A stretch of DNA of 64,000 nt, taken from assembly GCA_963819655.1 (NCBI GenBank), contig CAWFXA010000003.1, forward strand, positions 979,163 through 1,043,162, in the 5' to 3' direction. Below, one piece after another: positions 1 to 9,481 of the stretch. This DNA is from an uncultured Chloroflexia bacterium (GTDB taxonomy: Bacteria; Chloroflexota; Limnocylindria; Limnocylindrales; CSP1-4). Positions within the stretch are counted from its first letter, which is position 1, and every line of letters begins with the position of its first letter. The notes beneath the pieces are model-generated. The model searched no databases. It saw nothing but the letters and a program-made list of their open reading frames with translations, and was not told the origin of the DNA. A program made the translations under genes and the position numbers.

Positions 1-2
1 GC

Positions 3-104
3 TTCATCGCGATGGAGCTGGCCGGCGCGTTCCGACTCGGCGGTGACGTCGATCGGGCATTCGCCTACGGCATCGACCGCCTGACGCGCGCCATCGCGCG
101 CTGA
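3..104 (+). CDS. 3' end of TetR-family regulator (WHG-type C-terminal domain), truncated by window edge
   Basis: Manual translation FIAMELAGAFRLGGDVDRAFAYGIDRLTRAIAR* resembles TetR_C/WHG C-termini. Confidence 0.6.
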   Translation, partial: FIAMELAGAFRLGGDVDRAFAYGIDRLTRAIAR

Positions 105-144
105 CCGCCTCTGGTAGCCTGCCCATCCTCAGCAGGGGTGGTCG

Positions 145-1440
145 TTGAGCAGATCCGCGCATCGAAGCGCCGCTCCCACTCCGATCGCGGTAGGTCTGCT
201 GGCGCTGCTGGTCGCGGCCTGCGCCGGTCTGCCGGCCGCAGCCACGCCCGAGTCACAAGTGACGACCGGGCCGCCAACGCCATCGCCGGCTCCCTCCGCG
301 GCCGCCGCCCGGACGCCCAGACCGAGCGCCGCGGCGTCCCCGACCTCCGCGGCGGAGCTGTTGCCGATCGCCGGCGTCTGGCGCGTCCGAAAGACCCTGT
401 CGGCCGAGGATCAGTCGGGCCTGATCACCGACCCTGCGTTCGACGAGGAGACCTACTCGGTCGAGGCCGGCTGTCCGGACGAGCCGTGCGACAGCCTCGA
501 GGTCACGACCACCCCGCTCGGTCTCTCGTCGCCGGCGACGGTCATCCAGCTGTCGCGAGAGGACGCCACGTACGCATCGACCGCCCAGCCGGCAGTGGCG
601 GCCTCGTGCCTTTCGTCCGACGGCAGCCGCGTCGACGGCGGTGCGAGTGCCACCTCGACTCTCGAGCTCTGGATCGCGACCGAGCGGCCGGCCGGGACAT
701 CGGTCGCCTCGACCGTCCTCCGGGGCAGCCTCAAGGTTGACGTCACACCCACGCCGATCGGCGAGTCGGCGGGCTGTCAGTCGCTGACTGCATCATTCGA
801 CTTGACCGGTCGACGCGAGGAGGTCGCGGTCCGCGACCCGAATGGCAGCGCCGCCGGGCCCGACGTCAGACCGCCGACCGGCGCGGCCCTCGTCCGACTG
901 CCTTCACTCAGCGTGACGGTCAAGGGAGCGACGATCGACTACTTCGGCGTGACCGGCGACACGTCTCGCGAGCTCGCGGCGAGCATCGCGCGTGGCGGGG
1001 TGAAGGCGTGTGGCGCGATCGATTACGAATGGTTTCGGGGCGACGCGCGCCCGGCAGCATGCGTGATGACGCGGGTAAGCGACACACGACAGTCGATCCG
1101 CACGCAGACCAACGCATCGGGAGCCTGCCGGATCACGAGCGCGACGATCACCGCCTCGTACACCATCCACATGCCCCGTTGGACCGAGCCCGCTCGCGTG
1201 CCGAAGCGGCTGCTCGATTGGTGGCGCAAGATCGTCGACTTCATCGCCGACCATGAAGCCGGTCACGTCCGAGTCGGGGCCGACTACATCAAGAAGTTGA
1301 ACGCGCGGCTCGTCGGCAAACCGTGCGAGGACATCAACGCGATCATCCGATCGTGGGTGACACAGCACGCCGAGGCGCAGGAGGCGTACGACCGGGGCGA
1401 GTATTCGCGGGCCTGGCCGACCCCGGCCGCGGGCTACTGA
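145..1440 (+). CDS. Lipoprotein with C-terminal DUF922-like predicted Zn-dependent protease domain
   Basis: Lipobox LVAAC, P/S/T linker, C-terminal YFGVTG...MPRW...HEAGH (HExxH). Confidence 0.7.
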   Translation: MSRSAHRSAAPTPIAVGLLALLVAACAGLPAAATPESQVTTGPPTPSPAPSAAAARTPRPSAAASPTSAAELLPIAGVWRVRKTLSAEDQSGLITDPAFDEETYSVEAGCPDEPCDSLEVTTTPLGLSSPATVIQLSREDATYASTAQPAVAASCLSSDGSRVDGGASATSTLELWIATERPAGTSVASTVLRGSLKVDVTPTPIGESAGCQSLTASFDLTGRREEVAVRDPNGSAAGPDVRPPTGAALVRLPSLSVTVKGATIDYFGVTGDTSRELAASIARGGVKACGAIDYEWFRGDARPAACVMTRVSDTRQSIRTQTNASGACRITSATITASYTIHMPRWTEPARVPKRLLDWWRKIVDFIADHEAGHVRVGADYIKKLNARLVGKPCEDINAIIRSWVTQHAEAQEAYDRGEYSRAWPTPAAGY

Positions 1441-2043
1441 TCAGGACTCGGGAAGTCGCTCACCGGCCTCGATGCGGATCGGCAACCGGTTCTCGGCTGG
1501 CGTCAGCGGGCACGAGAACTTCGGGTCGTACACGCACGACGGGTGGTACGCGAGGTTGAAGTCGAGCGAGTACGTGCCGTCGTCTTCCGGTTCGAGGTCC
1601 AGGTAGCGACCGGCGCCGTACGTCTCGCGCCCGCTGGTCGTGTCGAGGAACGGGACGAAGAGCGACCGTCCGTCGCCGCCGTCGAAGGTGTACGCGGTCA
1701 GCCGGTGTGGATCGCCATCGATGTCGAACCGCAGGGTCCCGGCGCGATGAGCGGGACGAAGCTTGTTGTCCGACGTCGGGATCTGGAAGTTTGACGGCTC
1801 ATCGCCTTCGTAGGGCTGGAGGAGGAGGTCATCGAACCGTAGTGCCGTGTTAACAGGGTAATACGGTAACCCGGTGAAACTCGGGCGCTCCCCTTCCGGG
1901 ACGGGGCTGTGCGGACTCGACCGGAAGAACTCGTCCTTGTCCGCCCGAAACCCGTCGATCGCCTCTTCGTAGGACATCGGGCGATGCTCGTGGTGATGGT
2001 GCTCGTCCTGCTCGTGATCGTGGTCGTGGTCGTGCTCGGTCAC
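1441..2043 (-). CDS. DUF1684 family protein with His-rich N-terminus
   Basis: LFVPFLDTTSGRETYGAGRYLD, LDFNLAYHPSCVY, CPLTPAENRL motifs. Confidence 0.9.
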   Translation of the reverse strand: MTEHDHDHDHEQDEHHHHEHRPMSYEEAIDGFRADKDEFFRSSPHSPVPEGERPSFTGLPYYPVNTALRFDDLLLQPYEGDEPSNFQIPTSDNKLRPAHRAGTLRFDIDGDPHRLTAYTFDGGDGRSLFVPFLDTTSGRETYGAGRYLDLEPEDDGTYSLDFNLAYHPSCVYDPKFSCPLTPAENRLPIRIEAGERLPES

Positions 2044-2100
2044 CGATGCCTCCGGGCTGGTCGAACCATCGTGCGCCTCCGGTCAAGTCGCATCCGATCC

Positions 2101-4182
2101 TCAGCGGAGTCGGCTGACAAGCTCGAGCACCTCGTCGCCGTAGGCCTCGATCTTGGCCGGGCCGACGCCCTTCACGCGCCTCAGGGCCGCGGCCGACGGA
2201 GGCTTCATCTCGGCGATCGCGGCAAGGGTCTGGTCGTGGAACACGACGTAGGCGGGGACGCCGTCCTCGCGTGCGCGGCTGGTCCGCCACTCGCGGAGTG
2301 CTGCGTACAGCGGGTTGTCGTCGGCAACGCCATAGCCCGACGCCGCGGACGCGGTAGACGCGGCGCGGCGCGCTCCCTGGTCCGCGGCGAAACGGTCGGG
2401 GTGCTGCGTGATCCGGCCCTCCCCGTGCAGCGGCCGCGGACGCAGGTCGGCGAGGAACCGGCTCGGCTCGCGGCGGGTCGTGCGCCCGCGGGTCTCGCGC
2501 TCGGCAGCCCATGAGATCGCCAGGTAGCGACGCGCCCGGGTGATGCCGACGTAGAGGAGCCGCAGCTCCTCGGCGAGCAACTCATCGTCATCGAAGGCCT
2601 GCCGGACCGGCAGGATCCCCTCCTCCAGGGCGGGGAGCACGACCGCGTCCCATTCGAGCCCCTTGGCGCGGTGATATGTCAGCAGGTTCACGCCGTCGGC
2701 CGAGCCCGCGCGCTCCGCCGCGCGTCGCCGGTCGAGGTCCGCCAGAAAACCGGCCACCCCCACTCGCGCATCCGAGCGCGACAGCGTGGCCAGGATGTCC
2801 AAGAGCGTGTCCAGCGCCGCTGTCCGTTCCCGCGCCTCCTCGCCAGCATGACCCGCGACCGAGTCGTCGTCGTAGCCGAGCCGGTCGGCCCACAGCGCGC
2901 GGACCGCGGCGGTCAGCGCGGTCCCCGTTGCCTCGAGGTCGGCCCCTCGAACGAGGTCGATGGCCCCACGCACATCGGCCCGGTCGAAGAACCGGATCCC
3001 GCGGACCTGGTACGCGATGCCGGCCCGCGTCAGCACCGCCTCGATCGGTGCGAGCTGGGCGTTCATCCGGACGAGGACGGCGATCTCGGACGGAGCGGTC
3101 CCCTCCCGCAGGCGCTCGCGCACCCAGGCGGTCAGTGCGGTGAGTTCCCCGGACTCCGTTCCGTGGCGTGCGATGGTCGGCACGGGGCCGCTCGGTTGCG
3201 TGGCGACGAGTCTCTTCGGCCGCCCGGTCGAGGCGAGCAGCCGATTGGCGAGCTCCAGCACCTCGGGCGACGACCGGTAATTCTCGGCGAGGGTCACGAC
3301 ATGTGCGCCTGGGTGCCGTTCGGCGAACCCGGTCAGGAACGTGCTCGTCGCACCGGTGAACGTGTAGATGGTCTGGTCCTCGTCGCCGACGACGCAGACA
3401 TCGCGACGCTCGCCGACCCACAGCTCGAGCAGTCGCTCCTGGAGCGGGTTCGTGTCCTGGTATTCGTCGACGCTGAACCAGCTCTTGCGCGCGCGGATCG
3501 TGGCAGCGGCATCGTCGTCGCTCTCGAGCAGATCGATGGTGTCCAGAAGGAGGTCGTCGAAGTCGATCCGGCCGGCGCGGCTTTTCGCGCGCTCGTAGCC
3601 GCCGAACAGCCGCGTGAACAGGTCGACCGGGACGGGCGGTTCGCGGGACGGCGTCGTCGGGCTGCCGGCGACGGCACGCTCATATGTCGACGGCGTCAGT
3701 CGCCGGCTCTTGGCCCATTCGATCTCGTCGGCGAGGTCCTTGGCAGGGGTGAATCGGTAGTGGCCGGGCAACGCACGTGCGAGCGGCACCAGCAGCGGCA
3801 GCTTGGAATCGAGCAGAGAAGGCAGCGGCGACCCGTCGTGGAGAAGCGGCCAGAAGTGGCGGAGTTGGCTCAGCGCGTGGGCATGGAACGTCCGAGCCGT
3901 CACGCCCGGCAGGCCGAGCCCGCGCAGGCGCTCGACCATCTCGCTGGCGGCCTTGTCGGTGAACGTCACCACCAGCACCTGGTCCGGATCGACGACCCCG
4001 GTGGCGATCGCGTACGCGGTACGCCGGCTGATGACCCGCGTCTTGCCGGTGCCAGCGGCTGCGAGGATGGCGACCGGGCCCTCCGTCGCGCGGACGGCCT
4101 CGCGCTGGGCGTCGTTCAGGTCGTCGAGGAGGCGCTCGGGTTCGAGACGGGGCACCCCCGGATTATGGCGGTCGCCGCTCAT
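2101..4182 (-). CDS. uvrD2: ATP-dependent DNA helicase UvrD2 with C-terminal HRDC domain
   Basis: AAAGTGKT, VDEYQD, VGDEDQTIY, NYRS, HRAKGLEW, YVGITRA; HRDC LREWR...VPAYVVFHDQTL; start 4182 or leaderless GTG at 4155. Confidence 0.92.
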   Translation of the reverse strand: MSGDRHNPGVPRLEPERLLDDLNDAQREAVRATEGPVAILAAAGTGKTRVISRRTAYAIATGVVDPDQVLVVTFTDKAASEMVERLRGLGLPGVTARTFHAHALSQLRHFWPLLHDGSPLPSLLDSKLPLLVPLARALPGHYRFTPAKDLADEIEWAKSRRLTPSTYERAVAGSPTTPSREPPVPVDLFTRLFGGYERAKSRAGRIDFDDLLLDTIDLLESDDDAAATIRARKSWFSVDEYQDTNPLQERLLELWVGERRDVCVVGDEDQTIYTFTGATSTFLTGFAERHPGAHVVTLAENYRSSPEVLELANRLLASTGRPKRLVATQPSGPVPTIARHGTESGELTALTAWVRERLREGTAPSEIAVLVRMNAQLAPIEAVLTRAGIAYQVRGIRFFDRADVRGAIDLVRGADLEATGTALTAAVRALWADRLGYDDDSVAGHAGEEARERTAALDTLLDILATLSRSDARVGVAGFLADLDRRRAAERAGSADGVNLLTYHRAKGLEWDAVVLPALEEGILPVRQAFDDDELLAEELRLLYVGITRARRYLAISWAAERETRGRTTRREPSRFLADLRPRPLHGEGRITQHPDRFAADQGARRAASTASAASGYGVADDNPLYAALREWRTSRAREDGVPAYVVFHDQTLAAIAEMKPPSAAALRRVKGVGPAKIEAYGDEVLELVSRLR

Positions 4183-4304
4183 CCGAGACTCTCCGCCCGA
4201 CGGTCGTCCCCGCGAAACGAAAAAGGGAACGAATCCCGTCGGTCCGTGCGCCATTCCCTCAGACCGTCGCCCGTGTCCCGGTCGCGAGATCAAGGAGGTA
4301 GGGC

Positions 4305-4928
4305 ATGCGCCCATCGCTCACACATGTCGCCAGGTCGGTGGCCCTGGTCATCGGGCTCGGCCTGGTCCTCGCTGCGCCGGTCGCGGCGCGCGAACCCGTG
4401 GATCCGAACACGCTCAACCCGGCGCCGCCCGCGTCCTTCAACGCGACCTGCGAGCGGACCGGCAACATGGTCCTGTGCAACCTCGCGTTCAGCGATCCGC
4501 CGCTGGTCCTGGAGCCGAGCGGGGTCGTCTGTAGCGGCACCGAGCTCCTCGTGTCGCAGACCCGGGATGTTGTCGGCAAGCGCTTCTACGATGCGGACGG
4601 CAACCTCATCCGCCGGCACTTCCGAGAGGCCCTCGACGGGACCATCACCAACCCGTCGAGTGGGATCACCCTCGACTGGGTCGCCCACAACACGATCATC
4701 CACGACCTCGCGGTCCCTGGAGACATCGTGTCCGGGCGCACGTCGATCACGGGACAGCAGATGCGCATCTACGGCACCAACGGCACGGTCCTGGTCGATG
4801 TGGGGCACCTGGTCGTCGATGAGGCGACCGGTGAGCTGCTCAAGTCCAACGGCAAGCATGCCTTTGATGACTACTTCATCAACGGGAATACCGCGGCGCT
4901 CGCGCCGCTGTGTGACGCCATCTCCTGA
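4305..4928 (+). CDS. Secreted hypothetical protein
   Basis: AAGGAGG RBS, signal peptide ending PVAA, paired Cys, strong GC3 bias. Confidence 0.75.
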   Translation: MRPSLTHVARSVALVIGLGLVLAAPVAAREPVDPNTLNPAPPASFNATCERTGNMVLCNLAFSDPPLVLEPSGVVCSGTELLVSQTRDVVGKRFYDADGNLIRRHFREALDGTITNPSSGITLDWVAHNTIIHDLAVPGDIVSGRTSITGQQMRIYGTNGTVLVDVGHLVVDEATGELLKSNGKHAFDDYFINGNTAALAPLCDAIS

Positions 4929-5045
4929 GGGGACGCTGCGGCGATGCCGCAGCAGGAGCGGCCGTCGCGTGGACCACGATCGGACCATCCGACGGCCGCC
5001 TTTTCGTGCGCGACACCTTATTTGGGCGACCCCGATACTGGTCGC

Positions 5046-5618
5046 ATGCGCCGACTGATCTACTACATCACGATCTCCACCGACGGCATGTACGCAGACC
5101 CCGACGGCGGTTTGTCCCATTTCGAGCCGGCCGAGGATGAACACCGCTACGCCAACCGCCTCATCCGTGACGCGGGTGACATCGTCAATGGCCGCGTCAT
5201 GTACGACGTGATGGAGTACTGGGACGACCTCGACCTCGATGACCCCAACACCTCCGACATCGAGCGCGAGTTCGCGACCTTCTGGCGGGAGACCCCGAAA
5301 CACGTCGTGTCGCGCGGTCGACCGGTGCTCCGCGCGAACGCGACGCACATCGAGGGTGACGTCGTCGAGGCCGTCCGCCGCATGAAGACCGAGGATGGGC
5401 CGTACCTCGCGCTCGGCTGCGGCGCCGATCTCCTCGCTCAGCTGAGCGAGGCGGGGCTCATCGACGAGTACCGGTTCCTCGTTGCGCCGGTGGCGCTGGG
5501 TCGCGGCAAGGCCCTCTTCGCGAAGCTCGCCGCGCCGCTCGATCTCCGGCTCACCAGCGCGACGACGACCTCAGCCGGCGGCGTCCTGCTCGAATACGTC
5601 CCGGCCGCCGACCGCTGA
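5046..5618 (+). CDS. Dihydrofolate reductase / RibD C-terminal family protein
   Basis: MRRLIYYITISTDG, GRVMYD, GLIDEYRFLVAPVALGRGKALF. Confidence 0.88.
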   Translation: MRRLIYYITISTDGMYADPDGGLSHFEPAEDEHRYANRLIRDAGDIVNGRVMYDVMEYWDDLDLDDPNTSDIEREFATFWRETPKHVVSRGRPVLRANATHIEGDVVEAVRRMKTEDGPYLALGCGADLLAQLSEAGLIDEYRFLVAPVALGRGKALFAKLAAPLDLRLTSATTTSAGGVLLEYVPAADR

Positions 5619-5622
5619 GCGC

Positions 5623-6432
5623 ATGCACGGCTCCGCGACCGCCGCGAACAAGCTCGACCGGACCGGCTACGAGGTCGCGTTCGAGGACGACTTCGACCGG
5701 CCGACTCTCGACGAGACACGCTGGCTCCCCCACTACCTGCCGCACTGGAGCACGCCCGACCGGACCGCCACTCGCTACGAGATCCACGACGGCGTCCTGC
5801 GCCTGCTGATCGAGGCCGACCACGCACCGTGGTGCCCGGAACTCGATGGCGACCTGCGCGTGTCGTCGCTCCAGACCGGCGTGTTCGCCGGACCGGTGAG
5901 CTCGAAGATCGGCCAGCTCCAGTTCCATCCAGACGTCGTCGTCCGCACGCCGCAGGTGAACCGCGCGCTTCTCGCAGTCCATCACGGGCTCATCGAGACG
6001 CGGATGCGCGCCCTCGACGACCCGCGGGCGATGGTCTCGCTATGGATGATCGGCCTCGAGGACGAACCGGAGCATTCATCGGAGATCAACGTGGCCGAGA
6101 TCTTCGGACGCACCGTCGAGTCCCGCAGGGCGAGAATCGGCATGGGCGTCCACCCGTTCGGCGACCCGGCGATCATCGACGATTTCGTCGCCGAGGAGCT
6201 CGCGATCGACGTGCGCGACTGGCACACGTATTCCGCCGACTGGACGCCCGATCGCGTCGCCTGGTACGTGGACGAACGGCTGATCCGCGTGGTCGACCAG
6301 TCGGCCACCTACCCGATGCAGCTCATGCTCGGTATCTACGAATTCCCGGTCGACGACGACCCGCGCGACCCAGCCGACTACCCGAAGGCATTCGAGGTCG
6401 ACTGGGTGCGCGTGTCGCGCCTGCGGCTGTGA
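5623..6432 (+). CDS. Glycoside hydrolase family 16-like protein
   Basis: FEDDFD..LDETRW, EINVAE, WHTYSADWTPDRVAWYVD, PMQLML, FEVDWVRV. Confidence 0.8.
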   Translation: MHGSATAANKLDRTGYEVAFEDDFDRPTLDETRWLPHYLPHWSTPDRTATRYEIHDGVLRLLIEADHAPWCPELDGDLRVSSLQTGVFAGPVSSKIGQLQFHPDVVVRTPQVNRALLAVHHGLIETRMRALDDPRAMVSLWMIGLEDEPEHSSEINVAEIFGRTVESRRARIGMGVHPFGDPAIIDDFVAEELAIDVRDWHTYSADWTPDRVAWYVDERLIRVVDQSATYPMQLMLGIYEFPVDDDPRDPADYPKAFEVDWVRVSRLRL

Positions 6433-6436
6433 CGCG

Positions 6437-7045
6437 TCAGAAGTTCGGCGGCGTGATGGCTGAGACGATCTCCGCTTCCTCTTCGCCGACCGCCCGTGTC
6501 TTGTGCGGCAGGCCCGAGTCGTAATAGATGGAGTCGCCCTCGTTGAGCTCGTAGTCGACGTCACCGACGGTGATGACCACCTGGCCGCGCAGGACGAGAG
6601 CGCATTCCTCGCCCTCGTGCGCCATCGCCGTCGCGTCGACTCCGGGCTTGACGTGGACCAGGATCATCTCGATCTTGCGCCGCACATCGGGCGAGACCAG
6701 CTCGTAGGACAACGACCCGCCCGGCGGCTTGATGACCTTGCGCGCGTCCTTCCGCACGACCGCGCCATTGGATTCGGGTGCCGTGAACAGCAGGAAGACC
6801 GGCACTTCCAGGGCGGACGCGATCGAGCGGAGCACGAGGATCGACGGGTACGCGACGCCACGCTCGACGCTACTGAGGAAGCTGCGCGTGATGCCGACCA
6901 GCGCGGCGAGCCCGGTCAAGGTCAAGCCGCGCTCGGTCCGCAAGGCTCGGATCCGTCGGCCGAGCTGGTCGTCGCGTTCGATGGCTGACGTGCGAGCGGA
7001 GGAGCCCCTCTTCGGGCTCCTGGCCCGCGACCCGGGCGTGGACAT
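6437..7045 (-). CDS. XRE-family HTH transcriptional regulator with cupin sensor domain
   Basis: LGRRIRALRTERGLTL...LSSVERG..YPS; HEGEE; GDSIYYDSGLPH. Confidence 0.92.
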   Translation of the reverse strand: MSTPGSRARSPKRGSSARTSAIERDDQLGRRIRALRTERGLTLTGLAALVGITRSFLSSVERGVAYPSILVLRSIASALEVPVFLLFTAPESNGAVVRKDARKVIKPPGGSLSYELVSPDVRRKIEMILVHVKPGVDATAMAHEGEECALVLRGQVVITVGDVDYELNEGDSIYYDSGLPHKTRAVGEEEAEIVSAITPPNF

Positions 7046-7059
7046 GGAGCGGGTGGCCC

Positions 7060-8091
7060 TCAGCGAACGGCGACGCCGCCGCGCATCGGCTCCGCGCCGT
7101 ATTTACGCGTCAAGTATGGCAGAACCTCATCGCGGCAAACCTTCGCCACGATGGACGGATCGGGGCTCATGTCGGCCCAGATGATGTGGTCGCAACCGGC
7201 CTCGATGAAGGCCTCGAACCGGGCGATGATCTCCTCGCCGGACGTTGCGATGCAGAAGGCCGCCGAAAGGGCCTCGTCGCGCACCAGCAGGGCCCGCTGT
7301 TCGATGACCCGTGGATCCTGGATGTACGAATACGCCTCCGGGATGAGCAGCCCACCGTAGACGCGCGCTCCATCGAGCGCTTTCTCGCGATCGGGATGGT
7401 ACGACGTGCTGACCCACGCAGTCCGAAAGCCGTTCGGCGCGGCGCGCTCGGCCTCTGCGGCGCCGGCTTCGAACGCCGGAGCCAGGACATCACGGTGGAC
7501 CTCGGCGGGCACACCGACCGCGACGTATCCGTCGGCCAGGCGCCCGGCGTTGCCTGCCATCTTCGGACCACCGGCCGCGCAGATGATCGGGATCCGGTGC
7601 TCCAACTTCTGATAGAGGCGGAAGAAGGAGTCGAAGTACGTGCCCTGATGCCGGAAGTAGTCGGGCTCCTCCCAGCAGCGGCGGATGAGGCCGATCGCCT
7701 CGACAAGGCGCTCGATCCGTTCACGCAGAGGCGGCCACACGCCCGTGGTGGTCTTCTCGTTCATCGCCTCCCCGGTGCCCACGCCCAGGGCCACACGGCC
7801 TGGGTAGAGCAACTCGAGGGTCGCGATCTCGATCGCGACGTCGACCGGCTGATGGCGGATCCCGATCGGCGGGATCACCATCGGGCCGACGACGGCCCGT
7901 TCGGTGTTGGCGAGGAACGCCGTGAGGGTCGCCCAGATCCCCGCGCTGTGGCCCGACGAGTGCTGCCACGGCAGCGTGTGATCGCCTTCCCAGATGTGCG
8001 TGAAGCCGGCCTCCTCCAGGTCGCCGACCCGGCGCACGTTGTCCCGGACGTCATGACAGAGGCACTCGGGTGAGATGCCGAAGGTGACCAT
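7060..8091 (-). CDS. LLM-class flavin/F420-dependent oxidoreductase
   Basis: EEAGFTHIWEGDHTLPW, GRVALGVGTGEAMNE, AAGGPKMA...ADG. Confidence 0.88.
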   Translation of the reverse strand: MVTFGISPECLCHDVRDNVRRVGDLEEAGFTHIWEGDHTLPWQHSSGHSAGIWATLTAFLANTERAVVGPMVIPPIGIRHQPVDVAIEIATLELLYPGRVALGVGTGEAMNEKTTTGVWPPLRERIERLVEAIGLIRRCWEEPDYFRHQGTYFDSFFRLYQKLEHRIPIICAAGGPKMAGNAGRLADGYVAVGVPAEVHRDVLAPAFEAGAAEAERAAPNGFRTAWVSTSYHPDREKALDGARVYGGLLIPEAYSYIQDPRVIEQRALLVRDEALSAAFCIATSGEEIIARFEAFIEAGCDHIIWADMSPDPSIVAKVCRDEVLPYLTRKYGAEPMRGGVAVR

Positions 8092-8510
8092 CAGGCGTTC
8101 CCCACTGGAAGGCCGAGCTGCCCGAACAACGAGGCCGAGTCGTAGTACACGGTCTCGCGGGTGAAGAGCTCGGCGTTGTGCTCGTAGACGGATACGGCCT
8201 TGATCCGGAACGACCGACCGGTCGGGGCGTGGCCCACGAATTCACCCGTGTGCGTGCCGATCAGGTCGTACTCGGCCACGACCGTGTCGCCCCCGCAGGC
8301 GACGCAGTTCGTGACCTCGATATGGAGGTCCGGAAAACCGCGATAGAAGATGGCCATGAAATCGCGCATCTCGTCCTTGTTCCGGCACGGCTCGGGCACC
8401 GTGACGTCCTCGAAATAGACGTCGTCGGTGTAGTACGCGAGCACGGCCTCGAGGTCGCCGCGGCTCAGGTCGGCGATCTCGTCAAGGACAGCTTGGCGAG
8501 GGTCCATCAT
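8091..8510 (-). CDS. SnoaL-like / ester cyclase (NTF2 fold) protein
   Basis: GFPDLH, GTHTGEFVGHAPTGRS, YYDSASLFGQLG. Confidence 0.85.
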   Translation of the reverse strand: MMDPRQAVLDEIADLSRGDLEAVLAYYTDDVYFEDVTVPEPCRNKDEMRDFMAIFYRGFPDLHIEVTNCVACGGDTVVAEYDLIGTHTGEFVGHAPTGRSFRIKAVSVYEHNAELFTRETVYYDSASLFGQLGLPVGNA

Positions 8511-9426
8511 AGGAGGGCGCCTCCTTGACTCCGAGCAGCCGCAGGGCAGCACCGCCGAAGAAGCTCTGCTCGTCCTCCTCGGTGATGTACGGATCGAGGT
8601 CGTGTCGCTCGGTGTAGTCGCGGACCTTCTCGAAGAACGCCTTGCCGGTGTCGAACGGGACATACGGATAGTCCGAGCCCCACAGGAACCGGCCGAACAC
8701 GCCGAGCTTCTTGGCCCACGTCCAGATCTGGGCGACCCGCCACAGCGGCGCCGACTCGGCCCAGAACGCAAAGTCGCCGTAGATGTGCTCGAACTTCGCC
8801 ATGAAGTGCATCGTCTCCTCGGCCCACGCGAAACCGACGTGGCCGATGACGAGCTTCAGCTGCGGGAAGTCGATCATCACGTCTTCGAGCAGCAGCGGAT
8901 GGTCGTAGGCGAGCATCTTGCCCTTCGGGAACATGCTCCAGCCCGTGTGGGTGATGAGCGGCACGCCCATCGCCTCGGCGGCTTCGAACAACGGCCAGAT
9001 GCGACGGTCGTTGAGAGCCACGTAGTTGTAGGACGGGAGCATCTTCAGGCCCTTGAGGCCCTGCTCGTTGATGGCCCGCTCGAATCGCTTCACTTCGGCG
9101 TTGCCGCCGAGCGGGTTCGCGGTGTAGAAGCCGAACAGGCGATCCGGCCAGCGCTGCACCATCGACTGGACATAGGCCCCGTTCTCGGGGTCGTATGCGC
9201 CCCACGGCAGGTAGCCGACGCCGAGCACGAACGCCTTGTCGATCCCCGCCGCGTCCATGTCGGCGATCAGCCGCTCGCCGGGAACGCAGAAGTCCTCCGG
9301 TGTCCAGGGCTTGCCCGTGTGCCAGCAATCCTGGCCTTTGAACATGTTCACGTAGAACTCGCCGAGCTCGCGCGGGAAGTCGACCTCGAAGCGCTGCATG
9401 TGCGTGTGCGAGTTGATGAGCGTCAT
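8482..9426 (-). CDS. Amidohydrolase_2 family metal-dependent hydrolase
   Basis: NSHTH, GLKGLKM, HTG, GHVG, WGSDYP. Confidence 0.9.
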   Translation of the reverse strand: MTLINSHTHMQRFEVDFPRELGEFYVNMFKGQDCWHTGKPWTPEDFCVPGERLIADMDAAGIDKAFVLGVGYLPWGAYDPENGAYVQSMVQRWPDRLFGFYTANPLGGNAEVKRFERAINEQGLKGLKMLPSYNYVALNDRRIWPLFEAAEAMGVPLITHTGWSMFPKGKMLAYDHPLLLEDVMIDFPQLKLVIGHVGFAWAEETMHFMAKFEHIYGDFAFWAESAPLWRVAQIWTWAKKLGVFGRFLWGSDYPYVPFDTGKAFFEKVRDYTERHDLDPYITEEDEQSFFGGAALRLLGVKEAPSYDGPSPSCP

Positions 9427-9481
9427 GTGGTTCCTCGTGCGGTGTCGCGGTGAAGGCGTCGGACCTGGGTCGGGTCAGGGA

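Noticed and set aside
4040-4070. UvrD2 Walker A reads AAAGTGKT instead of AGAGTGKT
   Set aside because: GKT and all other helicase motifs are intact; minor variant or base error.
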